Assembly (NCBI GenBank): GCA_041891055.1 | Contig: CP169074.1 | Span: forward strand, 1,376,001-1,440,000 | Length of the DNA stretch: 64,000 bases | From: Halorutilales archaeon Cl-col2-1 | GTDB taxonomy: Archaea; Halobacteriota; Halobacteria; Halobacteriales; Afararchaeaceae | Reading direction: 5' to 3' | In this document: piece after piece, positions 47,652-57,498 of the stretch | How positions within the stretch are numbered: the stretch's first letter is position 1 | Layout of the letters: every line of letters begins with the position of its first letter | Program-made: the position numbers and the translations under genes | The notes under the pieces: generated by a model | The model's database searches: none | Told to the model about the DNA's origin: nothing | Seen by the model: only the letters and a program-made list of their open reading frames with translations

Positions 47652-49256
47652 CTATCTCCTCCGCCACCAGACGGCTCCGCCAGCTATGACTAAGACGACC
47701 ACGACGGCTATCGGAACCAGTGGAAGACCTCCCGACTCGTCGGGCTGAGTCACATCGATCGGAACGCTGTATGTGTCAGAGAGTTCCTGGTCTCCGTCCT
47801 CGTCGTAGCTGAAGTCGACCGAGACAGGGTAGGTCTTCGGAAGTGCTCCGCCGCCTGCGCTCACGCCGAAGGTGACAGTCTCCGACTCACCGGATTCGAG
47901 AGACGAGATGAAAGCCTCGTCGTCGCTGCTCGAAAGAGGATCATTCGTGAAGAGCTTAGCGTTTATGTTGGTGAGTGTCTCGTCGCCGTTGTTGGTGACC
48001 CTCATCTCGACCGACTCCGATCCTCCCGCGCCCACAGTCGCGTTTAGGGGCTCGACTAAGAACTCGTCACGTTCGTCTCCGATGTCGACCTTGACGTCGA
48101 CGGCATCACTCCTCCTGACGTCCCCGTTCTGGTTCCTGTAACGAACGACGTAAGAGAGCTGACGGCTTCCCGCCTCAGCCTCGTCGTTGATCTCGGCAGT
48201 GAAGTCGAACCCCTTCGACTCGCCGGCTCCGAGGTCTCCGACTGCGTACTCTGTCTCCTTCGGATTGATGTTGGGGCTCGAAGTCTGAAGCGTAACGACT
48301 GCGTTCGAGACTGTACTGTTGGCGGAGTTGACGACCTCGCCCGAGACTCTTCCCTCGTCTCCGACACGGAGGTCGCTCTCGTGGTTAACGACCTCGAACT
48401 CCTGTTCGGGAGACGGAAGCAGACCCGCAGAGAGGTCGTCGGACACACGGGGTATTCCGTCTGTGTCGTCGAAGTTCACTCTTGTTGTGACAGAGTAACG
48501 TCGGGGTATCGCGTCCTCGTTGACGCCGACCCTGTACTTGACCGTCTTAGTCTCCCCAGCCTCCCAGAATCCGACCTCGCTCCTCGCGGTCGACGATCCC
48601 GAGAAGCTGAGCTTCGCGTCGTTCGACGTCACCGAGACCTCGGGGTTACGTGCAGGCTGCGTACCGACGTTTTTTATATCGAGGGTCATCGTACCAGTGT
48701 CTCCGACGAGGACGTCAGAGGAAGAGTCGGAGACCTCGAACCTCGCCCTGTCTATGACACGGATCTCGACGTACTTCGTCTCCTCGCGCGAGAAATCGTT
48801 GTAGTCGGGAGAGGTGACGTCACTGTACTCAACCGACCGCGTGTACCTGTACTCTATGTCGACACGGAGACGGTAGACACCGGGCTCGGCGTCCTCATCC
48901 ACCGTGACAGTGAAAGGATACGGTCCTTTGACCCCTTCAGGAACTGACCCGACAGCGACCTCTCCCGTCTTTATATCGACGGGAGCGTTACGGCTCGTGG
49001 CCTCCATCGTCATCCCCCTTGCAGTCTTGACACGCTGCTCGTGCTGGGCGGGTCCGCCCTGTTCTATGTTGCCGTCGTTGAGTACGTCGATCCGTAGCTG
49101 TCTCTCCTCTCCCGGCAGAAACCTGTGATCCGACGCCGTGAGGTCTATCTCGGGGCTTCCTATCACAGAGTTCGCCGCCGAGACTGTCGCCGGAGCCGTC
49201 GAGACAGTCACGGTCAGTACCAGAAGAGTCAGAAAAGCGGCTCGTCTATCTCTCAT
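47652..49256 (-). CDS. COG1361 S-layer-domain (Ig-like repeat) surface protein
   Basis: Signal peptide, repeated NxG..A.N beta-sandwich units, C-terminal TM + RRR; typical MMPL partner. Confidence 0.85.
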   Translation of the reverse strand: MRDRRAAFLTLLVLTVTVSTAPATVSAANSVIGSPEIDLTASDHRFLPGEERQLRIDVLNDGNIEQGGPAQHEQRVKTARGMTMEATSRNAPVDIKTGEVAVGSVPEGVKGPYPFTVTVDEDAEPGVYRLRVDIEYRYTRSVEYSDVTSPDYNDFSREETKYVEIRVIDRARFEVSDSSSDVLVGDTGTMTLDIKNVGTQPARNPEVSVTSNDAKLSFSGSSTARSEVGFWEAGETKTVKYRVGVNEDAIPRRYSVTTRVNFDDTDGIPRVSDDLSAGLLPSPEQEFEVVNHESDLRVGDEGRVSGEVVNSANSTVSNAVVTLQTSSPNINPKETEYAVGDLGAGESKGFDFTAEINDEAEAGSRQLSYVVRYRNQNGDVRRSDAVDVKVDIGDERDEFLVEPLNATVGAGGSESVEMRVTNNGDETLTNINAKLFTNDPLSSSDDEAFISSLESGESETVTFGVSAGGGALPKTYPVSVDFSYDEDGDQELSDTYSVPIDVTQPDESGGLPLVPIAVVVVLVIAGGAVWWRRR

Positions 49257-49264
49257 ACTCCGCC

Positions 49265-49303
49265 TCCGTGTAGATCATGTTGGGGATAAGCGGTCTACAC
49301 GGA
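49265..49303. promoter_or_regulatory. Long inverted repeat upstream of the COG1361-MMPL operon
   Basis: TCCGTGTAGA-N19-TCTACACGGA next to a TATA-like TTTATC on the minus strand. Confidence 0.5.
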
Positions 49304-49340
49304 TAAAGGATTTCTCACTACGCGAGTCTAGATTCCTACA

Positions 49341-49823
49341 CTAGACTAGAAGCTGTATGTCGCAGTCCGCCATCATCTCAAGAGCCGTCGCCGCGCCGAC
49401 TCCCGCCTCGGTTCCCTCAACGAAGTCATCCTCATCGTAGTCGAAGAGATCGGCTGTCATCTGACACGCGAGCATGTCAACACCGGCTTCGTTACACATC
49501 TCGACGAGTTCGTCTATCTCGGCAACGTTCTCCTCGTCCATCTCCTTCTTCATCATCTTCGTCGTCATCGATGTCATACCCGGGAGCATTCCGACGATGT
49601 TGGGCATCGGCGCGGGAAGATTGGGGTTGCCCACAGGAGACACCTTGAGGTTCTTCATCTTGTCCTTGTGAAGTATGTCGAGACCCCAGAAGGTGAAGAA
49701 GACGTGGACATTCCAGCCGAAAGCCGCGGCAGTAGAGGCGAGTATGAGAGGTGGGTAAGCCATATCTAGTGTTCCCTTCGTAGCTATAATTCCCATCGAC
49801 TTGGTATCGTCTGCCTCTGACAT
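49341..49823 (-). CDS. DsrE/DsrF-like (DsrE_2) protein
   Basis: AYPPLILASTAAA, FFTFWGL, ACQMT. Confidence 0.88.
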   Translation of the reverse strand: MSEADDTKSMGIIATKGTLDMAYPPLILASTAAAFGWNVHVFFTFWGLDILHKDKMKNLKVSPVGNPNLPAPMPNIVGMLPGMTSMTTKMMKKEMDEENVAEIDELVEMCNEAGVDMLACQMTADLFDYDEDDFVEGTEAGVGAATALEMMADCDIQLLV

Positions 49824-49893
49824 AACTACACAATACTCTTCCATGACGCTACTTAACGGTTGTCAGTCCGTGAAATATACTACCTGCGTAGTA

Positions 49894-51240
49894 CTACTCG
49901 ACTACTTCGGGAGAGATATGTGTGGCAAAGACGGAGCCGAACTCCTCGACGAGACGTGTACAGTCGTCGTCGACATAGACATCGTAGCCCTCGTGGATCT
50001 TCTCCTCGACGTGTTTACCCATGCCTATATCTAAGAAGTCGTCGCTCTCGACGAATGAGGCGACTGTAGGATAGTCACGTTCCCTCTCTACGACGTACCT
50101 CCCGTCGTCTATGTAGGGTCCGACTACGTCGGCGTCGGCGTACTTCGACCTGAAGCTCTCGGCGTGTTGACGGACGTGGACGGGCGGACCGAGATGTCTC
50201 TCGACCCTCGACTGTTCAGCTATGTTGAGCTCTAAGAGTATCAGCCCGCGGTCGTCAGCAGCTACGTCGGATCTCAGAACCTCGAAGCCACGTCTCTCGA
50301 CCTCGTCGACTAGAGAAGACTCGGTCTTTCTGAGCTGGGGATAGAGCTGATCCTCAACTACGTCGGGCGACTCGAAGGTCACACAGACGACTGTGGTCTG
50401 TCTGTCTTCGATGTACTTTTCGAGTTCCTCTCGGCTGACTGTCCCGGGGTTCGACTCGAAGAAGAGAGACTTCCGGGGCTCGGCGGAGAGACGCCGGCAC
50501 GCGTGTACGAAACGCGCGAAGTTGTCGAGGCTCAGGACGGCGGCGACGTTTCTCTCGGGATCTGTGGGGTCTACGACGACTAGAGGGTCGTCGAACTCCT
50601 TCGTACCGTGATCCTCTATGTCGATGGTGACCTGTGGGCTCCAGTCGGAAGCCGCCTCGATAGCCTCCTCGAATCCGCCGTAATGGAGGACGAGAAGCTC
50701 ACACAGGTATCCGCTGAATCCCCTCGTACGTAGCTCGCTCCCGTAGACACCGATCCCCTTCGTGAACGACTTGAGGAGACGGGCATCGTCTGTGTCTTCG
50801 AGTCTCTCGGAGACATACCGGTTGTGGAAGGGCGTCCTGTCGACAGCGGTCTTCGCCTCGGTCGCCGACTCGACGTCGTAACACGGCACGAGGTCGATGT
50901 CGTAGCCTCGGTCGTGTCCCTTGACGTAGGGGTGTTCGGCGTACTCGACGACACCGTCGGGGAAGACCTGCTTACCGACGTCGAGACCCGTCTCTTCTAG
51001 ATCGTCTCTGGGGAGGTCGTCGGGTAGAAGAAGGAAGACGTCTATGTCCCTGTCACCCGAGATCCAAGTGTCACGCGCAGCACTTCCGACGAGTTCGACG
51101 TCGGCGTCGATCCCCCTCTCGTCGATAGCCTCTCGTGCCCTCCGTCTTACGTTCTCGAAGACATCGCGGAGACGGTCACGCTCGTCGTCGTCGGGGATTA
51201 CGTCTTCGAGAACCTCGTCGGTGACCTGGTCGAGTCGCAT
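49894..51240 (-). CDS. cca: CCA-adding enzyme (class I)
   Basis: VGSAARDTW..DIDVF, YAEHPY, DLVPCY, DRTPFH, GFSGYLCE, DPTDPERNVA. Confidence 0.95.
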   Translation of the reverse strand: MRLDQVTDEVLEDVIPDDDERDRLRDVFENVRRRAREAIDERGIDADVELVGSAARDTWISGDRDIDVFLLLPDDLPRDDLEETGLDVGKQVFPDGVVEYAEHPYVKGHDRGYDIDLVPCYDVESATEAKTAVDRTPFHNRYVSERLEDTDDARLLKSFTKGIGVYGSELRTRGFSGYLCELLVLHYGGFEEAIEAASDWSPQVTIDIEDHGTKEFDDPLVVVDPTDPERNVAAVLSLDNFARFVHACRRLSAEPRKSLFFESNPGTVSREELEKYIEDRQTTVVCVTFESPDVVEDQLYPQLRKTESSLVDEVERRGFEVLRSDVAADDRGLILLELNIAEQSRVERHLGPPVHVRQHAESFRSKYADADVVGPYIDDGRYVVERERDYPTVASFVESDDFLDIGMGKHVEEKIHEGYDVYVDDDCTRLVEEFGSVFATHISPEVVE

Positions 51241-51276
51241 ACCCGAACTTCGGAACTAACCTAAAAAGGGCTTGCT

Positions 51277-51702
51277 TTAGGACTCCGACTCTATCTCGTC
51301 CATCAGAGACTCGACACGTCTCCGTATCTCGTCACGTATCTCTCTGACCTCTTCGAGAGGCTGCGAGTCGGGATCGTCGAGATCCCAGTCACGGCTCTCA
51401 GCAGTCGCGGTCGAGGGACAGACGTCAGAGGCGGAACATCCCATCGTAACGACGTAGTCGGCGTCGTCGAGTTCGTCGAACTGTATCTCACGTGGCTCGC
51501 GGTCTATGACATAGCCCGTCTCGGACATAGCCTCGGCGACGACCTCGTGTACCTCGTCGGCGGGCTGAGTGCCTCCCGTGATCACCTCGATCTCGGAGGT
51601 GAGACCTCGCTTCTCTGTCTCCCTCCGGGCGAACTCGGTTGCGATCTGTGAACGTCCCGCGTTCTGAACACAGACGAAAGCCACAGTAGTCTTATCCGAC
51701 AA
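51277..51702 (-). CDS. arsC: LMW-PTP family arsenate reductase
   Basis: CVQNAGRSQ, VTMGC..CP, WDLDDP. Confidence 0.88.
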   Translation of the reverse strand: MSDKTTVAFVCVQNAGRSQIATEFARRETEKRGLTSEIEVITGGTQPADEVHEVVAEAMSETGYVIDREPREIQFDELDDADYVVTMGCSASDVCPSTATAESRDWDLDDPDSQPLEEVREIRDEIRRRVESLMDEIESES

Positions 51703-52741
51703 CGCTGATCACCCCGGTTTCGTCGTCGTCGAAGAGACGGTCTTTCGTCGCGAGAGCGACACGGACGAGACCCAGCATCACGGGAACCTCGATCAGAGGT
51801 CCTACGACCGTCGCGAGGGCGACGTTCGATCCTATTCCGAATACTGCGACCGCAACCGCTATCGCTAGCTCGAAGTTGTTCGACGACGCCGTGAAGGCGA
51901 CACTCACACTCTCGGTGTAGTCGAAGTCGAGTGCGGCACTCACGAGGTATGCGATGCCCCAGATTCCGACGAAGAATATCAGGAGGGGTAGAGCTATCAG
52001 ACCTATCTCACCCGGATGTCTGACTATGTACTCGCCCTTGAGTGCGAACATGATTACTACCGTGAAGAGAAGCCCGAGGAGACCGAGGGGGCTGATACGT
52101 GGAACCACCTTCTCGTAGTAGGCGCGTCTGCCGATCCTTCGGAAAGCGACTTTCTGTGTGAGGTATCCGAGGGCGAGCGGAAGTCCGAGGAAGACGAACA
52201 CCGTCTGGGCTATGAGTGAGACGGTTACGTCGACGGCGGTGTCGTGGAGAAACCTGAGGAAGAGGAAGGCATAGGGCACGAACAGAAGTATCTGGAGAAG
52301 GCTGTTGACACCCACACAGACCGCACACATCTCCTGGTTTCCAGAGGCTAGGTCGTTCCAGACGAGAACCATCGCTATACACGGTGCTATTCCGACTATT
52401 ATGAGACCCGTGGCGAAGTCGGGATATCCCGAGAGGAAGTAGGTGGCGAGACCGTACATGACGAAAGGAGCTATCAGCCAGTTGAACGTGAGTGTCAGAC
52501 CTATCTCACGTCTCGACTTACGCGTCACGAGAGGGACTCGTCCGTACTCTATCTCCGCCATTATGGGATAGATCATCACGAAGAGACCGAGGGCTATCGG
52601 AAGGCTCGTGCCGTGCCACGTCACGGCGTTTAGGAGGTCGGCGACCCCCGGGAAGAGACGTCCTATTCCGACCCCGGCTACCATAGCGAGACCTATCCAG
52701 AGGGTCAGGTAACGGTCGAGTATGTTTAGGCTGTCGCTCAT
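51692..52741 (-). CDS. acr3: Arsenite efflux transporter Acr3
   Basis: LDRYLTLWI, APCIAMV, SNNFELAIAVA, GPLIEVP. Confidence 0.94.
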   Translation of the reverse strand: MSDSLNILDRYLTLWIGLAMVAGVGIGRLFPGVADLLNAVTWHGTSLPIALGLFVMIYPIMAEIEYGRVPLVTRKSRREIGLTLTFNWLIAPFVMYGLATYFLSGYPDFATGLIIVGIAPCIAMVLVWNDLASGNQEMCAVCVGVNSLLQILLFVPYAFLFLRFLHDTAVDVTVSLIAQTVFVFLGLPLALGYLTQKVAFRRIGRRAYYEKVVPRISPLGLLGLLFTVVIMFALKGEYIVRHPGEIGLIALPLLIFFVGIWGIAYLVSAALDFDYTESVSVAFTASSNNFELAIAVAVAVFGIGSNVALATVVGPLIEVPVMLGLVRVALATKDRLFDDDETGVISVVG

Positions 52742-53139
52742 CTCTCAGCCTCACTGTCGAGGGCTCCGAGAAGCGACTCCCCAAGCCGGGTGGCTGTGTA
52801 GAAACGCCATCTCCCCTCACGTCTTCTCTCGACGAGACCAGCGTCTGTGAGATCTGAGAGTGCGTGGCTCACACCGCTCTGACTCACGTCGACTACGGGC
52901 TCAATCTCACAGACACAGAGGTCGCCGTCCGACTCGTCTAGGAGACGGAGTATACGGTGACGCGTCGGGTTTCCGAGTGTCGAGAGTGCATTTAGGTCGT
53001 CGGGGTCGGTTCTGTCCTCGGCAGACTCGGAGAGTCTCTCAAGCTCTTCGAGTCTCTCTCCGACGTCGGCGTCACAGACGTCGTCACGACACGACTCGAT
53101 ATAACGGCTCAGACGTTCGTGTTCGGGCTCTGACTCCAT
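52738..53139 (-). CDS. arsR: ArsR/SmtB transcriptional repressor
   Basis: LGNPTRHRIL, DLCVCEI, SQSGVSHALS, RREGRWRFY. Confidence 0.93.
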   Translation of the reverse strand: MESEPEHERLSRYIESCRDDVCDADVGERLEELERLSESAEDRTDPDDLNALSTLGNPTRHRILRLLDESDGDLCVCEIEPVVDVSQSGVSHALSDLTDAGLVERRREGRWRFYTATRLGESLLGALDSEAER

Positions 53140-53142
53140 CGA

Positions 53143-53158
53143 ATGAATATATGTTCAT
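53143..53158. promoter_or_regulatory. Probable ArsR operator
   Basis: Near-palindrome ATGAATATATGTTCAT 3 nt upstream of the arsR ATG. Confidence 0.55.
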
Positions 53159-53176
53159 ACGGACATAAGTGTTGGG

Positions 53177-53575
53177 TCAGAGGTCGGTCTCGATTCCGTA
53201 CTCCTCCAGCTTCTCGCGCGTCTCACGTCTGTCCTCCCTCTCGCTCTCACGCGTCCTTCCTATGAGACGTCTCCACTCCGACCTGGGCCAGTCGCCGAGA
53301 TGGGTTCTCTCTATGTCTACGGCGGCGGAGTGGGAGACACCGAGTGCGACGAGTAGGCTGACGGCTTCGTCGTCGGAGAGTCCGAACTCCTCGACGACTT
53401 CTTCGAGGCTCCAGCCTTCGAGTTGACCGTCGGTAGCTGATCTCAGAGCGGCGTGAATACGTGAGAAGACGTGTCGACAGCCACAGATGTCACAGACTCC
53501 GTCGTCGTGGATCCAGTCCCGGAGACTTCTCTCGGCTCCACAGCCGGCGCAGTCTATGGCGTTGTCGAGCCTCAT
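53177..53575 (-). CDS. Hypothetical Zn-finger protein (CxxC-x15-CxxC) with possible HTH
   Basis: CAGC...CDIC; starts 4 nt after the mscS stop. Confidence 0.65.
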   Translation of the reverse strand: MRLDNAIDCAGCGAERSLRDWIHDDGVCDICGCRHVFSRIHAALRSATDGQLEGWSLEEVVEEFGLSDDEAVSLLVALGVSHSAAVDIERTHLGDWPRSEWRRLIGRTRESEREDRRETREKLEEYGIETDL

Positions 53576-53579
53576 TCCA

Positions 53580-54395
53580 TCAGTCCATCTCGCGCGCGAC
53601 CCCCTTCTCGAAGACCTTGTAGTTGGGGATCACGTACTCGTTTTCTCCGTCGTCTATACGTGTCGTGAATGTGTCTATCTCCTGTACGACGCCCTCGACC
53701 TCGCCGACGTGGACTGTGTCACCTATCTGATAGGGCTGTGTGAGGAGGAGGTAGATACCGCTTGCCGCCGACCTGAGAAGTGAACGGGTCGCGACAGCGA
53801 CGAAGAGTATCACGCCGAAGAGGTAAGACGCGAGGAGTATGTAGAGTGCAGTCGTCGAGACGCCTATCTGGCTCAGAGCCATAAGAGACGCGACGAAGAA
53901 GACGGTGTACTTGACATACGACGGTATAAAGGAGACCTCGGGAAGCTTGACGTCTTCGAGCTTCTCTGTGACGAGCGTCTCCGCCTTGTCTCCGACTACG
54001 GCACCGACGACAAGTATCAGAATGGCGACGAAGAGACGTGGTATCAGAACCGAGATGGGGAGGAGGACGTCTGTGAGAAGACTCTGAAGCCGGAGTATCT
54101 CTATCGCGGTCACGACGCCGCCGAAGTAGATGAACCACGCGACCGACCTAGCTATGACCTCAACGGTTCCCATCCCTAACGACTGCATGCTTCTCTCGAA
54201 CGAGGTACCCTCTGCGAAGTCGTCGACACCGAGTCTACATCCGATACGTAGAAGGAGACGTTCGACGGTGTATCCGAGAATAATACTGATAACTACGACT
54301 ACGGCAGCGTCGACGGCTCTGACCCTCAGGAGGCTGGCTACGTCCTCGGGGCTTATCTGAGCCGGGAGAAGTACATACTGTAGATCCGGAATCAT
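53580..54395 (-). CDS. mscS: Small-conductance mechanosensitive channel family protein
   Basis: TM-helix repeats, PYQIGDTVHVGEVEGVV, IPN. Confidence 0.85.
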   Translation of the reverse strand: MIPDLQYVLLPAQISPEDVASLLRVRAVDAAVVVVISIILGYTVERLLLRIGCRLGVDDFAEGTSFERSMQSLGMGTVEVIARSVAWFIYFGGVVTAIEILRLQSLLTDVLLPISVLIPRLFVAILILVVGAVVGDKAETLVTEKLEDVKLPEVSFIPSYVKYTVFFVASLMALSQIGVSTTALYILLASYLFGVILFVAVATRSLLRSAASGIYLLLTQPYQIGDTVHVGEVEGVVQEIDTFTTRIDDGENEYVIPNYKVFEKGVAREMD

Positions 54396-54399
54396 CGTA

Positions 54400-55179
54400 T
54401 CAGTACTCCTCAGGGTCTAATTCGAGGACGAGTTCGCCGCTCTTGAAGACCCTCACGAGCCTGTCGCTCTCGCTCAGGACTACCGAGACGGCATTGGTGT
54501 CACGCGTCACCGACGCAGCCGCCATGTGTCGTGTCCCGAGACCCTTGGGTATGTCTATTCCCTCGGCGTCGGCTTCGAGGTAACGGTAGGCACTCACAAT
54601 CTTCCCTGAGTCGGATATCACAAAGGCTCCGTCGAGGCGCGAGAACTCCTTGAGCATCACGTCGACTATCGGATCGCCGACGTGTACGTGTGACTTCTCG
54701 AACGGGTTATACGACAGTGGACGTGACTTTGACATGACCTTACCCGCGTCGCCTATCACGAAGAGCGCGCCCACAGGCTCTCCCTTCTGACCCTTCTTTC
54801 CGAGCTCGACTGCGAGCTCTATGACGTCTCTTATGACGCTCGGGTCGGGCTTCGAGTTCATGAAGAGACCGTAGAGACCCGTCTGCATCGACTCGGTAGC
54901 CTCGACACGTGTGACCGTGTCAGTGGTTCCGAAGACTCCGTCTATACACGCGACGTAGTCGCCCTCGTCGACGTGTCCCTCCTCGAGACAGCCTCCTATC
55001 CCGAACCTCAGACGGTCTTCGAGTCTGTCGAAGTCGAGTGGAAGCTCGACGTCTCCGTCGTCACCCACCTTCACGACGTCGACGTCTGTCTCCTGCTCGA
55101 CGTCTATCTTCGCGGGCGTGAAGACTAAGACAGCAGAGATGTCCGAGACTAGGTCTCCGACGAACTCATCGAGATCCAT
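54400..55179 (-). CDS. dacZ: Diadenylate cyclase DacZ
   Basis: GALFVIGD, DGA, GLGTRHMAAA, LSES; probable start MDLDEF at 55179. Confidence 0.9.
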   Translation of the reverse strand: MDLDEFVGDLVSDISAVLVFTPAKIDVEQETDVDVVKVGDDGDVELPLDFDRLEDRLRFGIGGCLEEGHVDEGDYVACIDGVFGTTDTVTRVEATESMQTGLYGLFMNSKPDPSVIRDVIELAVELGKKGQKGEPVGALFVIGDAGKVMSKSRPLSYNPFEKSHVHVGDPIVDVMLKEFSRLDGAFVISDSGKIVSAYRYLEADAEGIDIPKGLGTRHMAAASVTRDTNAVSVVLSESDRLVRVFKSGELVLELDPEEY

Positions 55180-55277
55180 GTTATGTTTAAGACGACTCAC
55201 GGACGCGAAAAAAGGCTTACGGGTACGAAGGCGAGATGTTTGAACAGTTTTATAGGTTTTTGAGAGGAGTAACAAGT

Positions 55278-55661
55278 ATGACAACTGAACAGAGAGAGGT
55301 CAGAGATCTCCAGGAGGGCGGCTATGTCATGATCGACGACGAGCCGTGTGTCATAAACAGCATCTCGACGTCTAAGCCCGGAAAGCACGGTAGTGCGAAG
55401 GCGCGCGTTCAGGGACGTGGCGTCTTCGACGACCAGAAGAGGGAGTTCGTCCAGCCCGTCGACGCGAAGATACGTGTTCCCATAATAGAGAGGAAGGACG
55501 GACAGGTCGTGTCGAGAACGAGCGAGGACATCGTACAGGTCATGGATCTCGACTCGTACGACACGATAGACATGAAGATTCCCGAAGACATGGAGGTCAG
55601 TGAGGGTGAGACTATAATCTTCCTCGAAGGAATGGGTCAGAGACGTGTAGTCGAGGACTAG
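55278..55661 (+). CDS. eif5a: Translation factor aIF5A
   Basis: SKPGKHGSAK (deoxy)hypusine motif; start MTTEQ. Confidence 0.95.
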   Translation: MTTEQREVRDLQEGGYVMIDDEPCVINSISTSKPGKHGSAKARVQGRGVFDDQKREFVQPVDAKIRVPIIERKDGQVVSRTSEDIVQVMDLDSYDTIDMKIPEDMEVSEGETIIFLEGMGQRRVVED

Positions 55662-55692
55662 CTACGATACATCCGTTAGCTGAGTTTTTAAA

Positions 55693-56523
55693 ATGAGATT
55701 CGCCGACGCTGACGACGAGTACGGGGAGTCGGAGTTCGTAATAGCAGGGATTCCACTCGAAGCCACGGTCTCGTTCAGACGAGGGACGGCTTTCGGACCT
55801 CAGAGGACACGTGAGGCGTCTTACGGCTTCGAGCCCTACCTTCAGAGATACGGTGTGGGTCTGGATGAGATCGGCGTACACGACTACGGCGACTTGGACG
55901 TCTGGAACTCGCCCGAGGAGGTGATCGGGTTCGGAGAGGACGTCATCGAGGGCTTTGTCAACGACGGTAAGACTCCCGTACTTATCGGGGGCGAACACAC
56001 AGTATCTCTCGCAGGAGTGAGGGCTACTCAGCCCGATGTCTTCGTCTCGATCGACGCACATCTCGATCTCAAGGACGAGTTCGAGGGGAGCCGTTACAGC
56101 CACGCGTGCGTTACACGGAGGACGTTGGAGGAGGAGGTAGACGCCGTCGTAGTCGGGGCGAGGGCAGGTTCGAGACAGGAGTACAGACGTGCCAACGAAG
56201 ACGATGTCAGAGTAGTTACCGCGGACGGATTCAGCTTCGAGAAGGTCGAGGAGGCTCTCGAAGGCTACGACAGACCCTACATCTCTGTCGACCTCGACGC
56301 TCTCGATCCGGGTTACGTCCCGGGTGTTGGAACTCCAGAGCCCTACGGTCTCGAACCCCGAGAGGTTAGAGACGTTGTCGAAGACACTGCATCGGAGTAC
56401 GACGCCGTGGGATTCGATGTCGTCGAGGCGTGTCCGTCACACGGATCGGGAGAGGCTTCTCTTCTCGGGGCTAAGCTTCTCCGCGGCTTCGTGGGAGCGT
56501 CTGTGTCACAGTCTCAGCCTTAG
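55693..56523 (+). CDS. speB: Agmatinase (ureohydrolase)
   Basis: GTAFGP, GGEHT, DAHLD, SHAC, DLDALDP, PGVGTPEP. Confidence 0.9.
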   Translation: MRFADADDEYGESEFVIAGIPLEATVSFRRGTAFGPQRTREASYGFEPYLQRYGVGLDEIGVHDYGDLDVWNSPEEVIGFGEDVIEGFVNDGKTPVLIGGEHTVSLAGVRATQPDVFVSIDAHLDLKDEFEGSRYSHACVTRRTLEEEVDAVVVGARAGSRQEYRRANEDDVRVVTADGFSFEKVEEALEGYDRPYISVDLDALDPGYVPGVGTPEPYGLEPREVRDVVEDTASEYDAVGFDVVEACPSHGSGEASLLGAKLLRGFVGASVSQSQP

Positions 56524-56590
56524 GTCTTCGTTCTCACACCGAACCAAAGCCGAATAGTTTACAAAGACGAGTACGAATAGAGTAACAAGA

Positions 56591-56764
56591 ATGCCGATAA
56601 AGCCAGCCTACATCAAGAAAACCGGAAGAGAGCTCCTCGACAGGTATCCCGAGGTGTTCACAGCTGACTTTGAGACGAACAAAGAGAAGGTAGAGGAACT
56701 CACGAACGTCGAGTCGAAGGACGTACGTAACAGGATAGCGGGCTACATAACCAAGCACGTCTGA
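56591..56764 (+). CDS. rps17e: 30S ribosomal protein S17e (57 aa, below the ORF-track cutoff)
   Basis: Manual translation [57 protein letters not shown]. Confidence 0.95.
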   Translation: MPIKPAYIKKTGRELLDRYPEVFTADFETNKEKVEELTNVESKDVRNRIAGYITKHV

Positions 56765-56799
56765 GGGGCGGAGACACGGCTACCTAAACAGAAGACACC

Positions 56800-57498
56800 T
56801 TGACTCTAGACATATCTGAGCTACTCGAAGGTAACCAGAGCCACGTCGAGAATTTCGAGGGTCGTTTCGACGATGTACAGGAGTCACAGAGCCCCGACTA
56901 CGTCACTGTCTGTTGTTCCGACTCACGCGTCTTACAGGACGCGGCGTGGAGTAACTCGACTCCCGGGAAGATCTTCACGTGCGGAAACATAGGTAACCGC
57001 GTCGCGCAGGAGACACCGAAAGGTGAGGTGGTCTCGGGAGACGTCGTCTACCCCCTTGCACATACGGATACGGGGACAGCAGTTGTGATGGGACATACGG
57101 GCTGTGGCGCGGTGACCGCGGCGTACAACAGCATAACTGACGGCTTAGACGAGGATGAGCCCGACGGCATAGAACACTCGGTGAGTCTGATAGAACATGA
57201 CCTCGAAGAAGATGTCGAGAGGCTCCCCGGCGACATCGACGACGACGAGGCTGTCAACAGGCTGGTTGAGAGGAACGTCGACACACAGGTCGAGAAGCTG
57301 ATGGAGAGCGAAGACGTCCCAGACGACGTCGATGTCGTGGGCTGTGTCTATGACTTCCAGGACGTCTACTCCAGCCAAAGAGGTAAGATTCACGTCATAA
57401 ACGTCAACGGAGACAAGGACATCGAGAGTCTGAGAGACGACTATCCCGGGATAGACGACACGGACACGGTTAGGCGTCTTACCTCCCCGGGTCAGTAG
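56800..57498 (+). CDS. Beta-class carbonic anhydrase
   Basis: CSDSR, NIGN, GHTGCGA zinc ligands. Confidence 0.9.
   Translation: MTLDISELLEGNQSHVENFEGRFDDVQESQSPDYVTVCCSDSRVLQDAAWSNSTPGKIFTCGNIGNRVAQETPKGEVVSGDVVYPLAHTDTGTAVVMGHTGCGAVTAAYNSITDGLDEDEPDGIEHSVSLIEHDLEEDVERLPGDIDDDEAVNRLVERNVDTQVEKLMESEDVPDDVDVVGCVYDFQDVYSSQRGKIHVINVNGDKDIESLRDDYPGIDDTDTVRRLTSPGQ

Noticed and set aside
51277-53158. Arsenic operon as a mobile island
   Set aside because: Standard arsR-acr3-arsC with no flanking repeats, integrase or obvious compositional shift.
55278-56523. aIF5A-agmatinase adjacency as a novel system
   Set aside because: Already described in Haloferax volcanii (agmatine-dependent deoxyhypusine pathway).
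56534-56758. 74-aa minus-strand ORF
   Set aside because: Shadow of rps17e on the plus strand.
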